In this document: piece after piece, positions 33,622 through 42,305 of the stretch | Position numbering within the stretch: the stretch's first letter is position 1 | Layout of the letters: each line of letters opens with the position of its first letter | Assembly: GCA_964352175.1 (NCBI GenBank) | Contig: CAYGQW010000001.1 | Span: forward strand, 1-45,042 | Direction: 5' to 3' | Length of the DNA stretch: 45,042 nt | Origin: an uncultured Halobacteriovorax sp. | GTDB taxonomy: Bacteria; Bdellovibrionota; Bacteriovoracia; Bacteriovoracales; Bacteriovoracaceae | The notes under the pieces: generated by a model | Told to the model about the DNA's origin: nothing | The model's database searches: none | Seen by the model: the letters and a program-made list of their open reading frames with translations, nothing else | Position numbers and translations under genes: made by a program

Positions 33622-34524
33622 TTAGTCTTGAGGCTGTGTTGCCAAGATTTCCATAAGAGCAGTGATGTTTGTAATTCTTGTTACGTCTTCACCGCGACAA
33701 GAATCATTTTCACACTTATTAGAAACTCTGCAACCTTGGTTATAGTCGTAGTTGTAGTCATTTTCACCACGAACTAGAATTCCTTCAACGGTGTGATCTT
33801 TAGCATTAAATACAGCTGAACCAGAATTTCCGCCGTAGGTATCTAGGTTTGCATTGAAGAAAACATCGTTAGAGTTATCACGTACGTTTGCTCCGCCAGC
33901 AACTTTTGTTGGAAGACCAGTTGGGTGACCAATAACTAGGATTGGATCATTATCTGTAATTTTTGCAGAAGTACGTACTTTTAAGTGTGGACGAACGATC
34001 TCTGCATTAGAAATGTTTTCAATTCTAATAAGAGCGAAGTCATCTTGGGTTGAACGATCAAGAGAACGTGAAATGATCTGCGTACACTTAAACACACTTG
34101 TTGTCTTAACAGTCATAGCAGCTTCTGTATTGGCATCAAAGTGAGCGTAATCAAAAACCCATTTATTAGAGTCACAGTCATCTTGAGAAGTTATACAGTG
34201 ACCAGCAGTTACTAAAAGATTCTTACCAACTAAGAAGCCTGAACAATTAGCAGCTGTCATCTGTTCAGAGAAACGCTCTGATTCACACATTCCACGTTGC
34301 TTAAGTGAAGGACCAGCAATGGTAGCATCTTCGCCCGCAATAGTGATTTTAGAAGAATCAATCATGCCTGCAGTTGCAGCAGCTAATCTTAAAATATCAG
34401 TATCAGTTACTTCGTATAGATCAAGACGGTCATCTTCACCGTATATGACTTTGTTATTTGTATCGCTTGCAAAACTAAGAGTAGTTAAAGCTGCTAATGC
34501 GATGATCATCCCTAATTTGTACAT
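33622..34524 (-). CDS. secreted trypsin-fold serine protease (S1, V8/Glu-endopeptidase-like)
   Basis: 300 aa with a signal peptide. Triad contexts LVTAGHC, DDFALIRI, GGNSGSAVF. Confidence 0.8.
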   Translation of the reverse strand: MYKLGMIIALAALTTLSFASDTNNKVIYGEDDRLDLYEVTDTDILRLAAATAGMIDSSKITIAGEDATIAGPSLKQRGMCESERFSEQMTAANCSGFLVGKNLLVTAGHCITSQDDCDSNKWVFDYAHFDANTEAAMTVKTTSVFKCTQIISRSLDRSTQDDFALIRIENISNAEIVRPHLKVRTSAKITDNDPILVIGHPTGLPTKVAGGANVRDNSNDVFFNANLDTYGGNSGSAVFNAKDHTVEGILVRGENDYNYDYNQGCRVSNKCENDSCRGEDVTRITNITALMEILATQPQD

Positions 34525-34599
34525 TCCATATTTCCTTTATTAGTTGACAGAAAGATGACATTAAAGAATCTCTGAGGTTATTGTTCAACTAACAACTTC

Positions 34600-35883
34600 T
34601 TACAAACTAGTGTATTTTCCATTTACAAATAGGGCTTCAAGAGAGCTTGGAAATGAAATTCCATTGAAGGGGCTCCACTTAACCTTCGTTTTTACATCAT
34701 GATTATTGATAGTTAGAGGTTTATTACGATTCAAAATAGTAAATGATGCACTATATCCTTTCTCAAGTTCACCAAAACCATTTCCAAGTGCGTTATAACT
34801 ATTATCAATAGATTTCCAGTTACGCAGAAACCTAGACACAAAGCGTCCAGGATTTCGTGAACAGGTCTTTGCAAGAATCTCTGGCTTCACTCCAATATCT
34901 TGAAGTAACCAACCAACTAAAACTGCATAGGTATCAAGGCCAGGCATTCCTGAGATGCCTTGATGTTTTTCTTCAATTGTATGAGGCGCATGATCTGTCG
35001 CTAGGTAATCAATTTCATCATTAATAAACGCTTGAAGCATGGCCTCTTGATCAATCTTGTTTCGAATTGGAGGATTCATTTGGAACCAGAACTCGCTCTC
35101 TTTTTTTAGTTGTCCTTGATTGAAAAAAAGGTGTTGAGGAGTAACTTCAATTTCAACCTGATGACCATTCTTTCTAAAGGCACGAACTGCATTAAGTCCT
35201 TCGCCACTACTGTAGTGACAAAGCTTACCATTTAAATTGTAGCGTCTAATAAATTCTAATGCTTGATGTGTTGCCAAGACTTCTGCTTCGACAGGTCGTC
35301 TCGCTGCATGGCCATCTTCATTTTTATTCTTTTCTAATACATCAGGGTCTTCGCAGTGAAAGCTGACATCCATTCCCTTATAGCGCTTAAGAGCCTTATC
35401 TAGAGATAGGTGATCTTTAAAAAAAAGGTCCCCTATCGAGGGTCCCATGTAGGCTTTATAAGGAACACGAAAAGATAAAGGGTTGGTTTGAGGTCCAATA
35501 CCAGCGTACATAAACAAACTAATATCATGACCAGCAGCTAGCTTCATTTTAGCTTTATAAGTTTCATCATCGATTGGTGCAATTGGATTATTAGGCATAT
35601 CACAGCAGTGAACAACACCACCGTTGATGGCCGCCGTAGATGCAGTGGCAAATGTTTCTTTATAAATATTTTTTTGACTTATGTCTTCTCGTGCGTGAAT
35701 GTGAATATCCCCCATACCTGCAAAAAGTAAGCACTTATCATCATAGATATAATCTAACTTCGAGGTAGGTATTCCAAGATTGCCCACATCTTCAATTAAC
35801 CCCGACTCTTGATTCCAAGCAATCTGGATTCTTTCAACTGTCTCAGGTGTGGCACATACAGCTTCTAGTGATAAAGTTGTCAT
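34600..35883 (-). CDS. pyrC: dihydroorotase-type cyclic amidohydrolase
   Basis: 427 aa. Metal-ligand motifs GDIHIHARED...AAINGGVVHCCDMPN, FHCED and ATDHAPH. Confidence 0.65.
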   Translation of the reverse strand: MTTLSLEAVCATPETVERIQIAWNQESGLIEDVGNLGIPTSKLDYIYDDKCLLFAGMGDIHIHAREDISQKNIYKETFATASTAAINGGVVHCCDMPNNPIAPIDDETYKAKMKLAAGHDISLFMYAGIGPQTNPLSFRVPYKAYMGPSIGDLFFKDHLSLDKALKRYKGMDVSFHCEDPDVLEKNKNEDGHAARRPVEAEVLATHQALEFIRRYNLNGKLCHYSSGEGLNAVRAFRKNGHQVEIEVTPQHLFFNQGQLKKESEFWFQMNPPIRNKIDQEAMLQAFINDEIDYLATDHAPHTIEEKHQGISGMPGLDTYAVLVGWLLQDIGVKPEILAKTCSRNPGRFVSRFLRNWKSIDNSYNALGNGFGELEKGYSASFTILNRNKPLTINNHDVKTKVKWSPFNGISFPSSLEALFVNGKYTSL

Positions 35884-36248
35884 TTTCCCTCACTATAAAC
35901 AAAACGCCAACGACGTAGATCAATATCTACGGCTTCAAAAAGGTAGCGCCCATCAACAGTTTCTGGTGCAACAGCTTCTTTAACTGCATTTTCGGCGTGA
36001 CGATAGAGTGTAAACTGATATTTTTGCCAGAGTTGATCGACTTCATCTTTAGAGCTGACTAAGAACTCTAGTGAAGTTGCGTTACCCCTAACCTTCTTGC
36101 TTGTCTTTTGAACAAGAAGCTCTAGTCCACCAAAATTCATTAAGAAATCTTCGCCTTCTTTATCTACTTCTAAATCCAGAAATTCAGATAAAAATCCAGC
36201 AAGATCTCTGGGTTCAGTTGTGGGAAGAATGATTCGATTTAATTTCAT
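35880..36248 (-). CDS. hypothetical protein (possibly VOC/glyoxalase-like fold)
   Basis: 122-aa ORF with a 4-nt overlap onto the downstream pyrC-like gene. No diagnostic motif. Confidence 0.45.
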   Translation of the reverse strand: MKLNRIILPTTEPRDLAGFLSEFLDLEVDKEGEDFLMNFGGLELLVQKTSKKVRGNATSLEFLVSSKDEVDQLWQKYQFTLYRHAENAVKEAVAPETVDGRYLFEAVDIDLRRWRFVYSEGK

Positions 36249-36291
36249 TTTTTTGGATTTACAGTAGCTTCTTTATTAACGTCTACATATT

Positions 36292-37146
36292 TCAAAGTTG
36301 ATCTCCTAAGGTATCTATTGCATAGGTCAAGGCCGGATCGTGTAGGCGGATAATAACCTCGCCTTCAATCTGACATTTTTGCTTCAACCAAGTTAGATAC
36401 GATGCTTGCATATATTCTGTCTGTTTACGAATATCCTGGTCAACTTTCTCGCAAGTTAATTTTTTAAAAAAAGACTTTCTAGAAATGCCTACGAGCCATT
36501 GCTGCGCGCCATACTTACTTTCAAAAGTATTTAAAAATCCTGGTAGGTTTTTTAGAATAAACCAATTTTGCTCAAAGCTTTTTGAAAAACCAAAACAAAG
36601 ATCAAGCATTGGTTTTTTGAAATTTCTGTCATTAAACCATTTAAGCCCAGTGGCGAAATAGTCTTCTAACTGAAATAAGATATCATTATTATCCATTAGA
36701 AAATTCATATGCTCATGGCATCGCGCACGACTTGGAACTAAATTATGACAAAAGACTGTTTGAAGTTTGGGGTTAAGTTTTAGTACATCGACGAGTTCTT
36801 GATCGAGCTGACCTGAAACATCATTCCAAAGTTTTATCTGTTGAGAATTTGAAGCTTTAAGTATTGTCTCTTTTCTAAAGGTATCTATAGATATTTTTAT
36901 ATTATCAGGAAAAAGGCCAAGAACATTTGAAACGCGACTCCACTCTTCTTCGTGTCCCACTGGATTATTAAAAGGGGCTGTAGATTCTCCCCCCAGATCA
37001 AGCCAATTAGCGCCTGATGCCTGCCATTGATCTAGTCTTTTTTTTAAGGCTTCTAGATGAAGTAATTCTCCACCATCTGAAAAAGAATCGGGGGTTGCAT
37101 TAACAACCCCCATATATGAAAACTTATTTTTATTTATATTCGACAT
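36292..37146 (-). CDS. folP: dihydropteroate synthase
   Basis: 284 aa. N-terminal MGVVNATPDSFSDGG and GGESTAP motifs. The start overlaps the ftsH stop (TAATG). Confidence 0.85.
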   Translation of the reverse strand: MSNINKNKFSYMGVVNATPDSFSDGGELLHLEALKKRLDQWQASGANWLDLGGESTAPFNNPVGHEEEWSRVSNVLGLFPDNIKISIDTFRKETILKASNSQQIKLWNDVSGQLDQELVDVLKLNPKLQTVFCHNLVPSRARCHEHMNFLMDNNDILFQLEDYFATGLKWFNDRNFKKPMLDLCFGFSKSFEQNWFILKNLPGFLNTFESKYGAQQWLVGISRKSFFKKLTCEKVDQDIRKQTEYMQASYLTWLKQKCQIEGEVIIRLHDPALTYAIDTLGDQL

Positions 37147-39062
37147 TATGCTGGTAACGGATCATCCCCACCAACAACTGAATTATCTTTTTCTTCTTTC
37201 GCAAGTGCTGCTTCAGCATTTTCAGCTTTTTTCTTATCAGTAATTGGCACGCCAATATCTTTGCCCTCAATAAGAGCATTGATTTGAGGAAGATCAAGTG
37301 TTTCCCAAACCATGAGACCTTCAGCAACTCTATCAAGTGCATCACGATTAGACTTAAGAATATTAAGAGCAAGCTGATGGTTTTTAGTCACAAAACGTTG
37401 GATCTCTTCATCGATGGCTTCAGCTGTTCGCTCTGAGTAGCCAGAAAAGTCCTCTGGAGCATAACTTGTACCAAATGGATTCGTGCTGGCTTTATGATAA
37501 TTAATTGGCCCCATCTTTTCAGACATACCCCAATTACAAACCATATTACGCGCTAACGAAGTAGCTCTTTCGATATCATTCGAAGCACCATTGGTCATAT
37601 CACCAAACACAAGCTCTTCAGCACAACGTCCGCCCATCAAGAAAGCAATAAAGTTCTCTGCTCGCTCATTAGTAAGGTTTAACATATCTTCGTTTGGAAG
37701 AGTCTGAGTTACGCCTAAAGCACCTCCACGAGGCATAATAGAAACTTTATGGATAGGATCGGTGTGAGGAAGATTCATACCAACAAGTGTGTGACCAGCT
37801 TCATGATAAGCCGTTACACGTTTTTCTTTGTCAGAAATAACCATCGACTTTCTTTCAGGTCCCATTAGAACTTTATCTTTAGCCGATTCAAAATCACTAT
37901 TATCAAGTTTCTTCTTGTTCAATCGAGCAGCATTAAGGGCTGCTTCATTGACAAGATTTGCTAGGTCGGCACCTGTAAAACCAGGTGTACCTTTAGCGAT
38001 GGCTTCGAGGTTTACGCCTTCAGCAAGTGGTGTTTTCTTAGTATGAACCTTAATGATTCCAAGACGACCACGTACATCGGGTGCACCAACCATCACGCGT
38101 CGATCAAAACGACCCGGACGAAGAAGTGCTCTATCAAGAACGTCGATTCTGTTAGTTGCAGCAATTAAGATAACACCTTCGTTAGCTTCAAAACCATCCA
38201 TCTCTACGAGTAGTTGGTTAAGTGTTTGTTCACGCTCATCGTGACCACCACCCATACCGGCACCACGGTGGCGACCGACGGCATCGATTTCATCAATAAA
38301 GATAATACAAGGTGCGTTTTTCTTACCTTGTTCAAATAGATCACGAACACGAGAAGCTCCAACTCCTACGAACATCTCAACAAAGTCAGAACCAGAGATA
38401 CTGAAGAAAGGAACATCGGCTTCACCTGCTACAGCTCTGGCCAATAATGTTTTACCAGTACCAGGAGGTCCTACAAGAATGACACCTTTAGGAATCTTCC
38501 CACCAAGAGCAGTATATTTTTTGGGGTCTTTTAGAAAGTCGACAACTTCAGCAAGTTCTTCCTTAGCCTCTTCAACTCCAGAGACGTCACCGAAAGTTAC
38601 TTTTTTATCATTAGCAGTCAGCATTCGAGCTTTTGATTTACCAAAACTCATGGCCTTGCCGCCACCGGCTTGAAGTTGTCTTAAGAAGAAATAGAAGATC
38701 ACGATAAGAAGAATCATCGGACCCCAATTAAGTAATAAAGATGTAAAGAATGTTTGCTTTTCTTCTTCTTCATACTCAGGAGTAAGACCGTTCGTTCTAA
38801 GCAGGTTGAATGTTACATCACCTGTATTACCAGTAAGCTTGAACTTTTCTTTTCCAGCAACAGGTTCTACATAAGTTCCGATGATTGTATTTTTACCTTT
38901 AAAAACGACTTCTTTAACTTTGCCGGTTTCAACAGAAGTAATAAAATCGGGGTAAGTAACTTTGCGATAGTCTTCACCTGTTTCACGAGTAACTTTCGCT
39001 AGAAGCGCCATCATTAAAATAACGACGAGCCAAAATGTTAGAGTTTTTTGTTGTGGTTTCAC
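37146..39062 (-). CDS. ftsH: ATP-dependent zinc metalloprotease FtsH
   Basis: 638 aa with an N-terminal TM pair. Walker A GPPGTGKT, Walker B IIFIDEID, the SRH region, and the zinc site HEAGH. Confidence 0.95.
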   Translation of the reverse strand: MKPQQKTLTFWLVVILMMALLAKVTRETGEDYRKVTYPDFITSVETGKVKEVVFKGKNTIIGTYVEPVAGKEKFKLTGNTGDVTFNLLRTNGLTPEYEEEEKQTFFTSLLLNWGPMILLIVIFYFFLRQLQAGGGKAMSFGKSKARMLTANDKKVTFGDVSGVEEAKEELAEVVDFLKDPKKYTALGGKIPKGVILVGPPGTGKTLLARAVAGEADVPFFSISGSDFVEMFVGVGASRVRDLFEQGKKNAPCIIFIDEIDAVGRHRGAGMGGGHDEREQTLNQLLVEMDGFEANEGVILIAATNRIDVLDRALLRPGRFDRRVMVGAPDVRGRLGIIKVHTKKTPLAEGVNLEAIAKGTPGFTGADLANLVNEAALNAARLNKKKLDNSDFESAKDKVLMGPERKSMVISDKEKRVTAYHEAGHTLVGMNLPHTDPIHKVSIMPRGGALGVTQTLPNEDMLNLTNERAENFIAFLMGGRCAEELVFGDMTNGASNDIERATSLARNMVCNWGMSEKMGPINYHKASTNPFGTSYAPEDFSGYSERTAEAIDEEIQRFVTKNHQLALNILKSNRDALDRVAEGLMVWETLDLPQINALIEGKDIGVPITDKKKAENAEAALAKEEKDNSVVGGDDPLPA

Positions 39063-39159
39063 TTAGGAGTCTCCCTGACCATAAAAGAATTGTTTTCTAA
39101 CCATGAAAACAATTGGTTTCCTATTGTACGAAGCCCCCAGCAAAGAAGCAACAAAACCC

Positions 39160-40380
39160 TTAAAAATTCAAAGCTTGCCAATGTAATTTAATTGATTTGT
39201 TAGAATTATCTGTGACAAAGCGCGACCATTTCGCCCATGGGAGAAGCACAACGTTACAGTTTTGTGGGTTAGAGACAAGAGGATGGGACTTTAAGGCTAT
39301 TTTTTGAATCTTTTTTGGAGGATTCCAGACAGCAATTAATGGCGCAGGGCTATGATTTGAAATAACAAAAGACTCCGGAATATGCGAACCTAATGTCCAG
39401 GACTTTTTTAATGCCGTTTCACCTAGCTCATTGGTTAAAAGGACTAAGCCACTCAAACCCCAAGCTTTAACTTTGCCAGGAAGCTGATGAGGGCCTTTCT
39501 TACCGGCTGCAAAAGCTTTACACAGCTTAGCGATTTCGCCGCGCTCAGAACTTCTAGAAACATTGGAGAGCTCTTTAAATTGCTGAGATACACTCTCTTG
39601 CTGGAGCGAGATATCAAGACAATATATTGCTCTCACACCTTTAGCTTTTTTAATCAGAATTTCTTCTGTTTTATAAACACTGACACCTAGATTTTTAGCT
39701 AATTCATTTGAGGTTCTGACGTAATGTTTTAAATAATTTGGATAACGAATCGCAAACTCATCTCTAATAACTCTTCTCAGATGATTACGTGAAAAGCGCT
39801 CATCTGTGTTGGACTCATCTTCAAAAGACCAAAGTCCAAGCTTTGAATGAATCGATTCAATTTGTACTCGAGTCAGACACATAAAAGGCCTAACTTTTTT
39901 TCCATTAACAAGTGGAATTCCCAGTGTAGAAATAAGTTGTGATGATCTCAGCTTTTGCATGAGTGACCATTCATACGAGTCATCAATATGATGTCCAAAG
40001 GCCACAACTTCATCAGGTTGTAAGTTTTCATGAATAAGTTTAAGTCGGATAGCTCTAGCTGTTGCTTCAAAGTTGCCCGCTAGCTTAGATAACACTGTTC
40101 TAACAATAATAAGTTCAACACCTAGGCGGTCACAATGATCTTGTAGCTTGGATTCAATCATGGCCTGCTTAGTTTGAGTGCCATGATCCACATGAATTGC
40201 TCTTACTGAAAAATGATGAAGTTGACCCAACTCAGCTACAACTTCCAGTAAAAGTGTTGAGTCCATTCCCCCAGATAAGGCCACTAAACAACCACCTGGT
40301 AGACCAATAGTAGAATTCCAAAACTCACCAACATGGCGAGTTACACGTTTAAAAAGCTTGTGGTTTCGGCTACTTTTCAT
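39160..40380 (-). CDS. tilS: tRNA(Ile)-lysidine synthetase
   Basis: 406 aa. PP-loop ALSGGMDS near the N-terminus. Position upstream of ftsH follows the widely conserved tilS-(hpt)-ftsH-folP order. Confidence 0.85.
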   Translation of the reverse strand: MKSSRNHKLFKRVTRHVGEFWNSTIGLPGGCLVALSGGMDSTLLLEVVAELGQLHHFSVRAIHVDHGTQTKQAMIESKLQDHCDRLGVELIIVRTVLSKLAGNFEATARAIRLKLIHENLQPDEVVAFGHHIDDSYEWSLMQKLRSSQLISTLGIPLVNGKKVRPFMCLTRVQIESIHSKLGLWSFEDESNTDERFSRNHLRRVIRDEFAIRYPNYLKHYVRTSNELAKNLGVSVYKTEEILIKKAKGVRAIYCLDISLQQESVSQQFKELSNVSRSSERGEIAKLCKAFAAGKKGPHQLPGKVKAWGLSGLVLLTNELGETALKKSWTLGSHIPESFVISNHSPAPLIAVWNPPKKIQKIALKSHPLVSNPQNCNVVLLPWAKWSRFVTDNSNKSIKLHWQALNF

Positions 40381-40454
40381 CTCTAATCATGATCACTTTC
40401 GTTGACAGACACCTATACGTTATTTATGATACGCGCACTTTTGTCAAAGTACAC

Positions 40455-40531
40455 GGCTTGGTAGCTCAGTTGGTGAGAGCGACGGATTCATAACCCGTAG
40501 GTCGGCAGTTCAACTCTGCCTCAAGCCACCA
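40455..40531 (+). tRNA. tRNA with CAT anticodon (elongator Met or lysidine-modified Ile2), CCA encoded
   Basis: Cloverleaf folded by hand. Acceptor GGCTTGG/TCAAGCC (G7-U66), D arm GCTC/GAGC, anticodon arm ACGGA-TTCATAA-CCCGT, T arm GGCAG-TTCAACT-CTGCC, discriminator A, then CCA. The G1-C72 pair argues against an initiator tRNA. Confidence 0.9.
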
Positions 40532-40569
40532 TTTTTTACCCAAAACAATACTCTAACCAGAGATCAATT

Positions 40570-41196
40570 ATGAAAAGAATCTTTTTAGCATGCTGTATAT
40601 TACTACTGGCAGTTGGCTGTGCAAATACTCCCTATACTCATAAAGATAAGAACACTGGCTTAGGCTACTGGTCTAAGAAAATTGCGGACGGGGTTTATGA
40701 AGTTTATTTTTCATATAATTCAAGTACTGACGAAAGAAGAGCTGATGATTACATATGGATACATGGCTACGAAGTTTGTGCAAAAGATAAATACTATTAT
40801 TACTATATGGGTGAAGAGCGTAACCTAGAAGGATATGAAAACAAGACAAAAATGAGCTATGCATTTTGTTTAAAAGAAGCAGTTCGATATGGTTTAGGTA
40901 TCCAGTTAGATGACGACTCATTAAAGATTATAAATATTGCATCGAAACAAACAGAGCTTGGATTAAAAGTCGATGACGTCGTTCTTTCAATAAATGGTAA
41001 AAGTGTTACACGTCTTGATGAGATACACTTAATTTTACATTCTAACTCTAGTAAACAACTAAAGGTCGAAATACTACGCAACGGAAAAAAAATGACTAAA
41101 TCGATAACTCCAAAAGTTATGACAGGGGTCTATTCAAAACTAGATGTTGCAAAGTGGATGAAAAAATATGGTATCTCACCCGAGCAACTCAGATAA
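40570..41196 (+). CDS. lipoprotein with a C-terminal PDZ-like domain
   Basis: 208 aa. Lipobox LLAVGC. The C-terminal GLKVDDVVLSINGKSVTRLDEIHLIL...LKVEILRNGK resembles PDZ domains. Confidence 0.55.
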   Translation: MKRIFLACCILLLAVGCANTPYTHKDKNTGLGYWSKKIADGVYEVYFSYNSSTDERRADDYIWIHGYEVCAKDKYYYYYMGEERNLEGYENKTKMSYAFCLKEAVRYGLGIQLDDDSLKIINIASKQTELGLKVDDVVLSINGKSVTRLDEIHLILHSNSSKQLKVEILRNGKKMTKSITPKVMTGVYSKLDVAKWMKKYGISPEQLR

Positions 41197-41281
41197 AAGA
41201 GTAGAGAAAACCAGCAAATTAAAAATCCAAATATCTTAAACTGTTCGGCACTTAAGTTCTATGTGATCCAACCTAATAACC

Positions 41282-42214
41282 TTAACCGATAAGCTCTTTC
41301 GCTGCTAAAAAAGATAGACTGTAGCCATTTTTATATAGCCCATGAACTGAATAGACATTTGGACGAACCTCCCCCCAAAATGGTTGGCGCTTAATACCCT
41401 TATGTCTTACACCTGAATGAACAGTCCACTTGAGATCCTTTGGTAAATCAATCACAAAATCGTTTAAAATAGTTTTTAGCTTGTTCGACCTTGATGCCAT
41501 CACAGGCCAGCCAAGCTCGTCGTCTTTGTCATCAAGACTGCCTATAAGTAAGGTTTTATCCATTGAGCGATAGATTAAGTTATGGGGACCTTTTGAATGT
41601 ACAAAGCCTTTGTCTCCTAAATCAATCTTAGCTTGGGCGTACTGACCGGCAACAGCTCTGCCGCCTGGATCTTTTTCATAGAGTTTATTACCAGCACCTA
41701 AAAATAAAAAGAGACGATCAAAATTGAGTGTTCTTGATTGTAATTGAATAGAATCATTGTTTTCACAAATAACTGTTTCATTAACAGCTTCTAATTTGTC
41801 TTTAAAAATTGAAGTGAACTCCTTTTCAAGCTCAGATAAAAAGTTGAAGCTGTGAACAATATAGCAATTTTCGGGAGCATCACCGTAGCGCTTTTTAAAA
41901 TTATCGTGATCGCCATGGGGTAGATGAGTTTGGTTGGCATTCTCAACACTAGCGTAGCCATTAAAAAAATTTTCAAATATATCGAAGCCATCTAATAACT
42001 GGTCACCTAAAAGACTAACTCCTCTTTGCAACCCTGCTTTAGAAACGATGGAGGTTGAGCTAAAACTACAAGCTGGTATAATAGGTGATCTAATCCATTG
42101 AATTCTACGCGACAAGTCTAAACTTTTCTCTTTGACCTTTTGAGCGTATGTCCATAAAAACGCGTGAGCGGCCACTCCATTCCCGACAATAATATCTGTT
42201 AATTCTTCTGACAT
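41282..42214 (-). CDS. putative FAD/NAD(P)-binding oxidoreductase
   Basis: 310 aa. N-terminal dinucleotide-binding-like DIIVGNGVAAHAF. Nothing else is diagnostic. Confidence 0.4.
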   Translation of the reverse strand: MSEELTDIIVGNGVAAHAFLWTYAQKVKEKSLDLSRRIQWIRSPIIPACSFSSTSIVSKAGLQRGVSLLGDQLLDGFDIFENFFNGYASVENANQTHLPHGDHDNFKKRYGDAPENCYIVHSFNFLSELEKEFTSIFKDKLEAVNETVICENNDSIQLQSRTLNFDRLFLFLGAGNKLYEKDPGGRAVAGQYAQAKIDLGDKGFVHSKGPHNLIYRSMDKTLLIGSLDDKDDELGWPVMASRSNKLKTILNDFVIDLPKDLKWTVHSGVRHKGIKRQPFWGEVRPNVYSVHGLYKNGYSLSFLAAKELIG

Positions 42215-42305
42215 TTAAAAAGATCTTCCTGTCAATATTGTCATCTTTAAGAGGGATGATTATCGTTTTGTTTCACTATTTTTAGTCTAGAGAAAAAGGG
42301 ATAAA

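Noticed and set aside
37130-37372. 80-aa minus-strand ORF overlapping the ftsH 3' end and the folP start.
   Set aside because: It is an alternative frame of the ftsH C-terminal region, and the Lys-rich low-complexity translation is typical of an out-of-frame artefact.
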